Source: a virus (Duplodnaviria; Heunggongvirae; Uroviricota; Caudoviricetes). From it: a DNA stretch of 64,000 nucleotides. The position numbers and the translations under genes were made by a program. The notes beneath the pieces are model-generated. The model was not told the origin of the DNA and did no database searches. It worked only from the letters and a program-made list of their open reading frames with translations. Shown piece after piece: positions 48,189 through 57,002 of the stretch (positions are counted from its first letter, which is position 1; the number at the start of each line of letters is the position of its first letter). The stretch covers positions 58,085-122,084 of the IMG/VR virus record IMGVR_UViG_3300032116_000040. The stretch is one strand, 5' to 3'.

Positions 48189-48833
48189 ATGAAAAAACCC
48201 AAGCACGAGACCATAATTAAGGTGTGTAAAAATCATGGTGAGACTGAATTCTATGAATACACATATGGTGCATGCCTTCATTTAAGTTGCAAAAAATGTA
48301 CTAGAGAATTAAGAAAAGCTCGATACCTTGATCCAGTCAAAGAAAAAATGGATCGAGAATACAGTAAAAGCTGGGCTAAATTAAACCAGGATCGATTAAA
48401 AAAGGGTTTAATCAACCGAAAGATAATGCTCGACCAAAGGATTGCCGACCTAAAGATTAGAGTGTTTGAAGAAAACGAAAGGGAGATCCTGTCCATCTTG
48501 AACCTATGTAAGCCTAAAGCTGAGTTTGATAGAGAAAAAGCAATGGCTTTTTATCTAAAGGAGGTAGCCTTCCTTAATTCCAGTTTTAATTGGAACAAAG
48601 CTAAGTCCACTCTTATGAATAGGACAAAGCAGTTAATCTATCAGAGGGAAACAGTTAAGGTCAAATCTAAATTAGGTCTGATAAGAAGCGGAGGCACAAG
48701 TGAATACGTGAACAGTTATCCTAATGCTCCAGAGAAAGTAAAACAGGCTGTGCGAAAGGAATCCTTAGAGAGGACTGATGCCATCATTAAAGGATTTGAG
48801 AGTTCACAAAAAATCGAAACCCCCTTTAAATAA
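48189..48833 (+). CDS. hypothetical protein with an N-terminal Cys4 zinc finger (CKNHG...CLHLSCKKC)
   Basis: ORF track. Confidence 0.45.
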   Translation: MKKPKHETIIKVCKNHGETEFYEYTYGACLHLSCKKCTRELRKARYLDPVKEKMDREYSKSWAKLNQDRLKKGLINRKIMLDQRIADLKIRVFEENEREILSILNLCKPKAEFDREKAMAFYLKEVAFLNSSFNWNKAKSTLMNRTKQLIYQRETVKVKSKLGLIRSGGTSEYVNSYPNAPEKVKQAVRKESLERTDAIIKGFESSQKIETPFK

Positions 48834-48841
48834 ATATAACT

Positions 48842-48961
48842 ATGAAAGCTCTAATAATAATTGCATCGATCGTACTCTTCCTTCTTAGTTCTTGTAAATC
48901 AAGCAAGCCTTCTTGTGATGCATACGGCAGCTCTAATCAAGGGGTTAATTCTAAAGGGTAA
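48842..48961 (+). CDS. tiny putative lipoprotein (39 aa; MKALIIIASIVLFLLSSC...)
   Basis: Not in the track because it is under 60 aa. Signal plus lipobox LSSC. Confidence 0.3.
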   Translation: MKALIIIASIVLFLLSSCKSSKPSCDAYGSSNQGVNSKG

Positions 48962-48979
48962 CTCAAATTTCTTTTTTCA

Positions 48980-49549
48980 TTATTCATTTTTAAGTAGAAA
49001 AAAGATTGCCTCATTTATCTCGTCAATTGATTTAGCTTTTCTATCTGATGCTTCTATTCTAATACTAGATATGTAATTTTTAATGTGGGTCGAATCAGTT
49101 AAGTTTAAGTATCTGGGAATTATTTCCTTTTGTCCAAGTATCTCATGAGTCTTTATTAAAGCGAACCGATCTGCTACCTTTTCTGCAAATAAAAGCTTAT
49201 CAGTAGCTTTTTGCAGATCAGTTGTACTTGAATAAACATCAAGCATATAGTCACAACCGTATTTTTGATATTGATATTGGTGAGATATCTCATGTAATAC
49301 GATGTACATGAAATACTCAATGGGAAAATTTAGCACAATTAGATTAAGAAGACACTCACCGGGTTTAGAAAAACCCGCAGCTCTTCTTCCCAATTCAGTA
49401 AAACTGATTTTATTACAGCCCGATCTTTGAATGAACTGGCTAACCTTTTTTAGAGCTTCATGTGAGATATCAGTTCTAGCTCTTTTAATTAGGTCGATAA
49501 ATTCTTCGAGTCCTTCTACTCTATTTAACGATCTTGAATCTATCTCCAT
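48980..49549 (-). CDS. putative HExxH zinc metallopeptidase-like protein
   Basis: IVLHEISHQYQYQKYG contains HEISH. Confidence 0.4.
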   Translation of the reverse strand: MEIDSRSLNRVEGLEEFIDLIKRARTDISHEALKKVSQFIQRSGCNKISFTELGRRAAGFSKPGECLLNLIVLNFPIEYFMYIVLHEISHQYQYQKYGCDYMLDVYSSTTDLQKATDKLLFAEKVADRFALIKTHEILGQKEIIPRYLNLTDSTHIKNYISSIRIEASDRKAKSIDEINEAIFFLLKNE

Positions 49550-49904
49550 CTATAAAAGCGATTATCTCGCGAATAGCTTTAACGTAGTTTTTAACTGACC
49601 CTTGATATAGGTCGTATTCGGCCAGCGTCGCATCTCCTGCTATCATGGCAGTCCAAAAGGTTTCAAAGTTTAAATTAAGTTCATTATATGAATCTATTCT
49701 TTGCTGAAGAAGCTCATTTAGTTTTTCTGAACACGGAGAAACAGCAAGGTTTGATTTTTCAAGGTATATTTCTACTTGGTTATCTATTGCTTCCAGCGTT
49801 GTCATCGCGATGTTTTCAGCATCGCTCCATGCTATTTCACTTACGGGTAATTGGTTTAATCCAATTATTCCAAGAACCTCATAGTCGGATAAATCAAATA
49901 GCAT
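49521..49904 (-). CDS. small protein downstream of a fibre-family gene; possible assembly factor
   Basis: ORF track. Context only. Confidence 0.35.
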   Translation of the reverse strand: MLFDLSDYEVLGIIGLNQLPVSEIAWSDAENIAMTTLEAIDNQVEIYLEKSNLAVSPCSEKLNELLQQRIDSYNELNLNFETFWTAMIAGDATLAEYDLYQGSVKNYVKAIREIIAFIDGDRFKIVK

Positions 49905-49905
49905 A

Positions 49906-50724
49906 TTATAAAGATTTTTTTATTTTATAGTCAAGTATGTACTTGTTTGCATATAGGAAAGACGTGATGCTATTACTCAATTGATTTTTGTATTTAGCAG
50001 CATCACCACTATTATCCCTTTGCACTGATACGACGTCTGCGACATATGTCTCAAAGAAATTTGAGGTAAATTCACCAGCATCTGGGTCCCAAGAGTAGAA
50101 TGTTCCATCACTCATAACGTGTACTATTTCTCCAGGATTTCCAGAAGTCGGTAGGTTTGCGGGTGAAGCTACTTCAGTCAAATAGTTAAAGTATTTTACC
50201 CCTGGCATCTTGTCTGCAGGTGAAAAACCCGTCACTTTCACTTCAGTCCAACTTTCATACTCAGTCACAGGTAACCACTGAGTATGTTGAGAGTCAGTGA
50301 GCACATTCGAATAGAACTTCGTAGATTCTGGCAGAGGAGGAAGTTCAACTATGTTACTAATTTTTCCTAACTCTCGAGCGACAGCATTTTCACTTTGCTT
50401 TTTAAGATAGAGGTCGCGAGCTGCCCTAAACTCAACCCCTAAATCATCTTCAACAAGTCTATCATAAGTATCGAAGTCCTCATCCGTCATCCTATAGCGA
50501 TCGCTGATTAGATACTGCAAGTCAAAATAATTGTTCTGTGGAGATATTGCTTTTTCTCCACCGCAATATTTAGGAAGAGATATTCCGCGACCGCCACTAC
50601 CTGCTGCAGCAGCCGCGGCTGCTGCAGCTGCAGACATCATTTGTTCAAAGATCATCTGATCTTCCATTTTTCGACGAATTGCTTTTTGTTCTTCTGATTC
50701 TTCTCCCCAATTGATAAATGCCAT
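49906..50724 (-). CDS. fibre-family protein (272 aa) with the shared N-terminal module MAFINWGEESEEQ
   Basis: N-terminal about 45 aa homologous to 42389..45181 and 61341..61949. Poly-Ala linker. Confidence 0.5.
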   Translation of the reverse strand: MAFINWGEESEEQKAIRRKMEDQMIFEQMMSAAAAAAAAAAGSGGRGISLPKYCGGEKAISPQNNYFDLQYLISDRYRMTDEDFDTYDRLVEDDLGVEFRAARDLYLKKQSENAVARELGKISNIVELPPLPESTKFYSNVLTDSQHTQWLPVTEYESWTEVKVTGFSPADKMPGVKYFNYLTEVASPANLPTSGNPGEIVHVMSDGTFYSWDPDAGEFTSNFFETYVADVVSVQRDNSGDAAKYKNQLSNSITSFLYANKYILDYKIKKSL

Positions 50725-50736
50725 GTATCTTTAAGT

Positions 50737-50776
50737 TATTTTAATTATTTATTTTAATTATTTATTTTAATTTTTT
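50737..50776 (-). repeat. about 2.7 tandem copies of a 14-nt AATTATTTATTTTA unit that contains the late-promoter-like motif
   Basis: TTATTTTAATTATTTATTTTAATTATTTATTTTAATTTTTT immediately upstream of 49906..50724. Confidence 0.5.
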
Positions 50777-50821
50777 ATGTATCATACTAAAACTTTATAG
50801 AAGAAAGGAATCATGACTTCT

Positions 50822-51340
50822 TTAGAATGATATTTTAGTATAGATCTCATCAAAATCAGTGTAACCCTGAGTAAAGGTCCGCCAATCAATTGTGCCGGGT
50901 TCGATCACGCCTGCCTCGACTGCCATATCAATTAGGTCTTGAGCATTTTTACGATCGGTCGCAAGCAGCGCCAGAGTATCTTCTAAAAAAAGGTGAAGCC
51001 TACGTGCCTTTCTATTAACCTGCACAAGAATGTTTACATTTCCCCAATCAGCATCTTTTCCGATTATGGTAAAAGCCTGATCGAAAAACTTATCTGGGAT
51101 AACGTCTATTCCTGTGACAGAAAGATAGCACTCCCTCTTGGAAGGAGAGCTTGAAGAGCTTCGACCGATTAACTTAATCTCACTCGCTACCTTATCGCTA
51201 GCATACTCCTTTCTGTGACTAGCAACACGATCAGCGAATGGGTGCATGCCTTTCCCGCGTAAGTTTGCCTCAATCTCTCTCCATTTTTTGTTAGAAACCT
51301 CGTTAACGAAGGCTTCGAATAACTTGACGTGATTCTTCAT
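50822..51340 (-). CDS. hypothetical protein with capsid-targeting-sequence-like N-terminus (MKNHVKLFEAFVNE)
   Basis: ORF track. Confidence 0.5.
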   Translation of the reverse strand: MKNHVKLFEAFVNEVSNKKWREIEANLRGKGMHPFADRVASHRKEYASDKVASEIKLIGRSSSSSPSKRECYLSVTGIDVIPDKFFDQAFTIIGKDADWGNVNILVQVNRKARRLHLFLEDTLALLATDRKNAQDLIDMAVEAGVIEPGTIDWRTFTQGYTDFDEIYTKISF

Positions 51341-51369
51341 TGGAGTACTTTTATTTTATTTATTTGGTG

Positions 51370-52035
51370 CTAGCCGAACATTTTTGATACGATTCCGGCC
51401 ATTACCTTTTCGTGATCGAGTATGCAGCTACCGCCGAATGACTTTCGGTTTATGAGTAGTCCACGACCGAACTTTGTCATCTTTTCTATGTTGGAACTTT
51501 GTACCGGTCCGCTTAGTTTCTTTTCAATCACTGCGGTCCAAGCAGAGGCACTTGCATGGTCTGGATCTAAATTGGGACCAAATGCCTGAATGTACACGTC
51601 GTTCACAGCAATGCTAGTATAATCGAGAGTCTCATTATTTATCACTGAAGGAATGCCCTCAAACTTCATTTCAGAGTTAGTATCCTGCAAGACAAACACT
51701 ACTGGTACTTGAGTATCAGCAGAAGGTTGAAACTTGAGACTCAGCATCTTTTCAAACTCAGCATACAGGTCTCCAGTCTTGCAAGATGACTTGCCGCTGC
51801 CAAATGATACTGGATTAAAAAAGACTGCTAGGGCAAACCCATTGTCCAGCACTCCGCCCTTGTCTTCAGATAAAGGACTGACAACGTTATAGTTTAGGTT
51901 ATATACATAATCTTCGAGAGTGTGTCGACCCGTCTTGATAAAGCCAGAATCCTTTATTCCCGGTGTCATTAGGTTTGCATAAGAATAATTGGCCTCCTCA
52001 AAAAGTCTCCATTCATTAAAGCTTAGTAGTTTCAT
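51370..52035 (-). CDS. hypothetical protein with capsid-targeting-sequence-like N-terminus (MKLLSFNEWRLFEE)
   Basis: ORF track. Confidence 0.5.
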   Translation of the reverse strand: MKLLSFNEWRLFEEANYSYANLMTPGIKDSGFIKTGRHTLEDYVYNLNYNVVSPLSEDKGGVLDNGFALAVFFNPVSFGSGKSSCKTGDLYAEFEKMLSLKFQPSADTQVPVVFVLQDTNSEMKFEGIPSVINNETLDYTSIAVNDVYIQAFGPNLDPDHASASAWTAVIEKKLSGPVQSSNIEKMTKFGRGLLINRKSFGGSCILDHEKVMAGIVSKMFG

Positions 52036-52122
52036 CAGTCTTTTTTATTTATTTATCTCTTTTAACCGGTCTGAACTTTTTAGTATTATAGTCAAGCAAT
52101 TACTACTAAATAGAATAGAGAA

Positions 52123-52530
52123 ATGATACAAACAACAGTAGAGTGGTTTAATCAACAATTAGTTGATAGGCAAAATGGTAATAATTATGGTGGAAGTTGG
52201 GATGAAATATTGGAACAAGCCAAAGAAATGGAAGCTAAACAACGCCAAGAAGATACTAACCATGGCTATTCACAGGGATATGATGATGCCTCTCAAGGTA
52301 AAGAACCGATGCGACCTAAAATAATAAATAGAAAGCAAATAAAAGAATTTCTTGACAAACTAGATCAACTTTGTTGGGAATATGGTTGTGAGATAAAACC
52401 AACTCACCCTATACCACAAGAAGAGCATGCTACCGTAACGATCACAAATAATACGGAAACTGTGAAATTAACTTATATTGACGGTGAAGGCATTGGCATT
52501 GGCGGAGATACTACATATAAATCAGAATAG
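52123..52530 (+). CDS. hypothetical protein (135 aa) carrying the repeat-A module (DTNHGYSQGYDDASQGKEPMRP)
   Basis: ORF track. It shares about 100 nt at roughly 87% identity with the 3' end of 56360..56971. Confidence 0.45.
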   Translation: MIQTTVEWFNQQLVDRQNGNNYGGSWDEILEQAKEMEAKQRQEDTNHGYSQGYDDASQGKEPMRPKIINRKQIKEFLDKLDQLCWEYGCEIKPTHPIPQEEHATVTITNNTETVKLTYIDGEGIGIGGDTTYKSE

Positions 52531-52687
52531 GATGGAGTGGACGACTGCTAATCCCATTAGGGAAGGAAAGTACGTGGTGGAAACAAAGACCGCGATGGGT
52601 AGGATACAGAGACTTGAGTCCTACTGGAACGGAAAATCGTGGTCCTTTACGAATCAAGTGTTCTTAAGGTATCTGAAGGAGGGGTAA
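52531..52687 (+). CDS. small hypothetical protein (about 52 aa from internal MEWTTANPIREGK)
   Basis: The track ORF 52478..52687 overlaps the upstream gene. The internal ATG sits at the upstream stop. Confidence 0.3.
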
Positions 52688-52818
52688 GAACTAGTTGAAT
52701 GCTCGACCCGAATGGATCATGGCAGCGATCCTATCTGATTCCAACTTACCTAACTGATCTAGTATGCGGAGAATCCTTTTACACATTCGACTAAATTTTT
52801 TTTATTTATTGTAGATAA

Positions 52819-52830
52819 TTTAGTATAATA
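52819..52830 (+). promoter_or_regulatory. TTTAGTATAATA -10-like promoter box upstream of the small peptide and prs-like gene
   Basis: Motif family. Confidence 0.4.
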
Positions 52831-52894
52831 TCATTAGGGCGGAAGCTCGATTATAGAGCAGCCGACGAAATACGTAAATTAAAAATGGTGTAAC

Positions 52895-52984
52895 ATGGAA
52901 ACAATTATTGCAATTCTCATACCGATCGCCTTTGCGGCACTGATTCTTTTTTCCTACGCGATGTGGAAAAGAAATAACTTTTAA
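52895..52984 (+). CDS. 29-aa hydrophobic peptide (METIIAILIPIAFAALILFSYAMWKRNNF) directly upstream of the prs-like gene
   Basis: ATG with a TAA stop 10 nt before the prs-like ATG. One TM helix. Coding status uncertain. Confidence 0.25.
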   Translation: METIIAILIPIAFAALILFSYAMWKRNNF

Positions 52985-52994
52985 AACGACTAAT

Positions 52995-53894
52995 ATGAGC
53001 ATATCTAAACTAAACTTAACAAATCCGATGGATTCGGATGTAAAATTCAAGATCTCTCGGTTTCCTGATGGACAACAAACTGTAGATATCGAATCTGCAC
53101 CAATGTATATCAATGGATTAGATGTTAAGATCTATTCTCGAATGAATTCTTTTCGTGATATCGAATTGATTATTGCTGCCAATCAAGCTCTTAGAGAAAT
53201 GGCGGTAGGAACCGTTACCTTATATGTTCCTTATTTCTTGGGTGCACGCTCGGATCGTAAATTTCAACAAGGAGGAACCAATTACTTAAAGCAAGTGATT
53301 TGTCCAATCATCAATGCACAAAAATTCGATTGTGTAATTGTTTTAGATCCACACTCAGATGTACTCGAAGCTTGCTTAAATAACTTCGGAAAGATTGATA
53401 ACCATACAATCGTTAAGTATGCTCTTACAAATATCGATAATCGAAACGCCGCTCGAGACAGAATCTGTTTAGTTTCACCGGACGGCGGTGCTCTAAAGAA
53501 AATCTATGACATCGCACACGAGTTTCAAATTCATCATCTTGTCACGGCAATGAAACACCGCGACATTCAAACTGGAAAAATCAATCATACTGAAGTTCCG
53601 ACCTTGCCAGCTTCTCTTGATGGTGAAAAAATGAAATATGTTATAGTTGATGATATCTGTGATGGAGGTAGAACATTCACTGAATTGGCAAAAGCAATTC
53701 ATGCCCAGCAGCCGGAAGCTAAACTTTACTTAATCGTAACACATGGAATCTTTTCTGCAGGATTTGAAGATCTGAGCAAGTACTTTACTAAGATTTACAC
53801 ATCCAATTCTGTAAAAGATATCATGAATGAAAATGATGATACTGATGCAGAAAGAGCTGCAAAACAAATCGTAACACAATTTAACGTATTCTAA
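52995..53894 (+). CDS. ribose-phosphate pyrophosphokinase (PRPP synthetase) family protein; candidate ADP-ribose pyrophosphokinase of a phage NAD+ reconstitution pathway
   Basis: KFKISRFPDGQQTVDIE, YVPYFLGARSDRKF, LDPHSD and the PRPP-binding loop YVIVDDICDGGRTF parallel E. coli Prs (GRFSDGEVSVQI, IPYFGYARQDRR, VDLHA, VLVDDMIDTGGT). Confidence 0.75.
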   Translation: MSISKLNLTNPMDSDVKFKISRFPDGQQTVDIESAPMYINGLDVKIYSRMNSFRDIELIIAANQALREMAVGTVTLYVPYFLGARSDRKFQQGGTNYLKQVICPIINAQKFDCVIVLDPHSDVLEACLNNFGKIDNHTIVKYALTNIDNRNAARDRICLVSPDGGALKKIYDIAHEFQIHHLVTAMKHRDIQTGKINHTEVPTLPASLDGEKMKYVIVDDICDGGRTFTELAKAIHAQQPEAKLYLIVTHGIFSAGFEDLSKYFTKIYTSNSVKDIMNENDDTDAERAAKQIVTQFNVF

Positions 53895-54370
53895 TGAAGA
53901 TAATCAAACCTCCACACTCAATATCGAAAAACTACGATAGACGAACCAAAAGAGTGTTTTTAGCCGGCACGATAGAGATGGGAAACTCCCATGACTGGCA
54001 GAGCCAGGTGGAAGAGGCTCTCATTAATACTGAGTGCACGATATTAAATCCACGTAGAGAGGCATGGGATTCAAGTTGGGAACAGAGGATCGAGAGTCCT
54101 CAATTCTATCAGCAAGTCAATTGGGAACTGGATGCTCTTAATAAATCCGATCTGATCATCCTGAACCTCCTGCCTGACTCCAAATCACCTATCTCTCTTC
54201 TTGAATTAGGATTATACGCTAGTAGTGGAAAATTACTGGTATGCTGCCCAGATGGATTCTGGAGAAAAGGCAACGTTGAGATCGTGTGTGAGAGATACGA
54301 CATTCCACTATACGAAAGCCTAGCCGATCTTTTAAATTCACTTACGATAAATCAAGCTATAATAATATGA
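53894..54370 (+). CDS. nucleoside 2-deoxyribosyltransferase / Rcl (DNPH1) / LOG-like N-glycosidase superfamily protein
   Basis: N-terminal RVFLAGTIE (LAG motif) and SLLELGLYASSGK (catalytic Glu context) in a protein of about 158 aa. Translationally coupled on both sides. Confidence 0.45.
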   Translation: MKIIKPPHSISKNYDRRTKRVFLAGTIEMGNSHDWQSQVEEALINTECTILNPRREAWDSSWEQRIESPQFYQQVNWELDALNKSDLIILNLLPDSKSPISLLELGLYASSGKLLVCCPDGFWRKGNVEIVCERYDIPLYESLADLLNSLTINQAIII

Positions 54371-54543
54371 AAGAACAAAAATTTTTAATCATTGATGATG
54401 CATCTGAAGTAAATTCATACTTACGTGATGGATGGGAAGTAATTTCGGTAACAGCACAACATGTTGCAGCCGCAGGATCACATAGCTGGTCAGAAAAACT
54501 TGAAGGTAAATTTGCAGTAGTAATCGAAAAACAAAAACAATAA
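54367..54543 (+). CDS. small protein (58 aa) between the Rcl-like and NAMPT-like genes
   Basis: ATGA overlap with the upstream gene. Ends 3 nt before the NAMPT ATG. Confidence 0.35.
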   Translation: MKEQKFLIIDDASEVNSYLRDGWEVISVTAQHVAAAGSHSWSEKLEGKFAVVIEKQKQ

Positions 54544-54545
54544 AT

Positions 54546-56051
54546 ATGAATCCATTATTATTAACTGATGGTTATAAAACATCGCATAATAGACAGTATC
54601 CAGAAGGAACTACTCTAGTCTATTCAAACTTTACACCACGATCTAACAAGTACGCACCGAAAGGATGTGACGAAGTAGTAGTGTTTGGAACACAGATGGT
54701 CATGATTCAGCTTCACGAGATGTTTCAAAAAGATTTCTTTGATAAACCAAAAGATGATGTGTGTCGTGAAATGAAACAAGAATTGTCAATGTATTTGGGA
54801 ACAGAATATGACGTTTCTCACTTTGAAAAGCTACACGACTTGGGTCACTTGCCGATCCATGTTAAATCTCTACCTGAAGGAACCAAGGCACCGATTAAAG
54901 TTCCGGTACTTACGATCTATAACACGCATCCTGATTTCTATTGGATAACAAATTACTTGGAAACGATCCTTTCAAACCTATTGTGGAAACCAATGACATC
55001 AGCAACAATTGCTCATCAGTACAGAAAAGTATTGACCGAGTGGATGTTAAAGACAGATAAGGGCAATGCTTCATTCATTGACTGGCAAGGTCATGACTTC
55101 TCAATGAGAGGAATGGACTCAGTAGAAGCGGTAATTAGTTCTGGCTTGGGCCACTTAACATCATTCTGGGGCACCGATTCATTACCAACAATCTATGGTG
55201 CTCGTAAATACTATGGTGAAGAAGGTTTCTTTTGCGGATCAGTTCCTGCCACTGAACACTCAGTTATGTGTGCAGGTGGAAAAGAGGACGAAGTTGAGAC
55301 ATTCCGCAGATTGTTGAAGACATATCCTACCGGAATCCTTTCAGTTGTATCTGATACTTGGGATTTATTTAAAGTGTGTACAGAACACGTAGTTACTTTG
55401 AAAGAAGAGATCATGTCTCGTGACGGTAAGTTAGTTATTCGCCCTGACTCAGGAGATCCCGTTGATATTCTTTGTGGTAATACATTTACAAAACATGGTG
55501 AATATGTAGGAAAAGGCACATCATTTTATATCGAATCTACGGATGACACGCCTGACGCAAAGGGAGTAATTGAATTACTTTGGGATGTATTCGGTGGAAC
55601 TATCAATGAACAAGGTTACAAAGTTCTTGATTCACACATCGGAGCTATCTATGGTGACTCAATCACGATTGACAGAGCAAACGAAATCTGTAAGCGTTTA
55701 GAAGCAAAAGGGTTTGCATCAACAAACGTAGTGTTAGGTATTGGATCATTCACATATCAATACAATACCAGAGATACATTTGGTTTCGCAATGAAAGCAA
55801 CTTATGTTGAGGTAAATGGTGTTGGTAGAGAAATCTTTAAGGATCCGATTACTGATGATGGTACAAAGAAATCTGCAACAGGTTTATTAAGTGTTCACAA
55901 TCATGATGGTAAATATGTTTTAGTTGATCGTTGTACTTGGGAAGGTGAAGAAGTTAGTTCACTCCAAACCATTTATGAAGATGGTGAATTTGGTGTATTT
56001 TCAACTTTAACTGAAATTAGAGCTCGTTTAAAAGATGATAAGAAACTTTAG
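54546..56051 (+). CDS. nadV: nicotinamide phosphoribosyltransferase (NAMPT/NadV) family protein; candidate nicotinamide ADPR transferase
   Basis: MNPLLLTDGYKTSHNRQYPEGT N-terminus typical of NAMPT. 501 aa. GTDS and other family blocks present. Confidence 0.8.
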   Translation: MNPLLLTDGYKTSHNRQYPEGTTLVYSNFTPRSNKYAPKGCDEVVVFGTQMVMIQLHEMFQKDFFDKPKDDVCREMKQELSMYLGTEYDVSHFEKLHDLGHLPIHVKSLPEGTKAPIKVPVLTIYNTHPDFYWITNYLETILSNLLWKPMTSATIAHQYRKVLTEWMLKTDKGNASFIDWQGHDFSMRGMDSVEAVISSGLGHLTSFWGTDSLPTIYGARKYYGEEGFFCGSVPATEHSVMCAGGKEDEVETFRRLLKTYPTGILSVVSDTWDLFKVCTEHVVTLKEEIMSRDGKLVIRPDSGDPVDILCGNTFTKHGEYVGKGTSFYIESTDDTPDAKGVIELLWDVFGGTINEQGYKVLDSHIGAIYGDSITIDRANEICKRLEAKGFASTNVVLGIGSFTYQYNTRDTFGFAMKATYVEVNGVGREIFKDPITDDGTKKSATGLLSVHNHDGKYVLVDRCTWEGEEVSSLQTIYEDGEFGVFSTLTEIRARLKDDKKL

Positions 56052-56295
56052 TTCAATAATCCTAGTTGTAGTAATAACTGGGTTAATATATGGCGGAATA
56101 ATGTATCTTGCTATTGAAGATAGTAAGGTCTGTGATGAACAGGTCACATTGGATGATGGAACTTTGATCAAATCTACTAATGTAGTCTCTCGTGATAACG
56201 GAATGAGCACCATAGAAACCTGTGATGGAGAGCGCATACAGGTGCCTACTATAAAAATTAAAATGATTACCCGAGATGAAAGCAAAACTGATTAA
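56035..56295 (+). CDS. small membrane protein (86 aa)
   Basis: ORF track. N-terminal TM IILVVVITGLIYGGIMYLAI. Confidence 0.4.
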   Translation: MIRNFSSIILVVVITGLIYGGIMYLAIEDSKVCDEQVTLDDGTLIKSTNVVSRDNGMSTIETCDGERIQVPTIKIKMITRDESKTD

Positions 56296-56359
56296 AAAAG
56301 AAGATGGTTATAACTGACTCTTGATGACAATGGATGCTTAATACTAAAAAAAATATAAA

Positions 56360-56971
56360 ATGAAAAACATACACATATTACCAACAGAAAAATCAAGTAG
56401 GTTATTCAAATTTGCAAATCAATTGCATTTAGACACTATTCCAAAAGATTATTATAAGAAATACCAAATCTACATCACTTCTGATGAAGAAATTAGAGAA
56501 GGGGATTGGGGTTTGTCAAAACTTAATGAAGTAATACTATTTGGTAGAAGTTATAATGAAAAATTTTACAACAAAATCATCCTAACAACAGACCAAGAAT
56601 TAATTACAGATGGAGTACAATCTATTTCTGATGAATTCTTAGAATGGTTTGTGAAGAATCCAAATTGTGAGGATGTTAAGGTTAAAAATGTTATTAGCAA
56701 GTATTTTGATTGTGTAAGATATATTTACAAAATTATAATCCCACAAGAAGAATCTAAGCAAGAAGGTTACATTTGCCCACATACTAAAACACAATGTGAT
56801 GATGAATGTTGTGTAAGTGCTGAAGATTGCCATATAACATATTCATTGGCTTCAGGTATGGTTGACTGTGACGAACCTAAACAAGAATGGAAGCCAAACA
56901 ACGCCAAGCAGACACTAACTACGGTTATTCACAAGGTTATGATGATGCTGCTCAAGGTAAAGAACCAATGA
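56360..56971 (+). CDS. Cys-rich hypothetical protein whose 3' end is frame-shifted relative to the repeat-B module
   Basis: ORF track. In the +1 frame the last about 100 nt encode EAKQRQADTNYGYSQGYDDAAQGKEPMKPELI, homologous to the middle of 52123..52530 and ending at about 56987. Confidence 0.45.
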   Translation: MKNIHILPTEKSSRLFKFANQLHLDTIPKDYYKKYQIYITSDEEIREGDWGLSKLNEVILFGRSYNEKFYNKIILTTDQELITDGVQSISDEFLEWFVKNPNCEDVKVKNVISKYFDCVRYIYKIIIPQEESKQEGYICPHTKTQCDDECCVSAEDCHITYSLASGMVDCDEPKQEWKPNNAKQTLTTVIHKVMMMLLKVKNQ

Positions 56972-57002
56972 AACCCGAACTAATATAAATTATAATTAAC
57001 AT

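Noticed and set aside
52820-53113. 97-aa minus-strand ORF
   Set aside because: It overlaps the promoter region, the small peptide ORF and the 5' end of the prs-like gene. It has no upstream signal.
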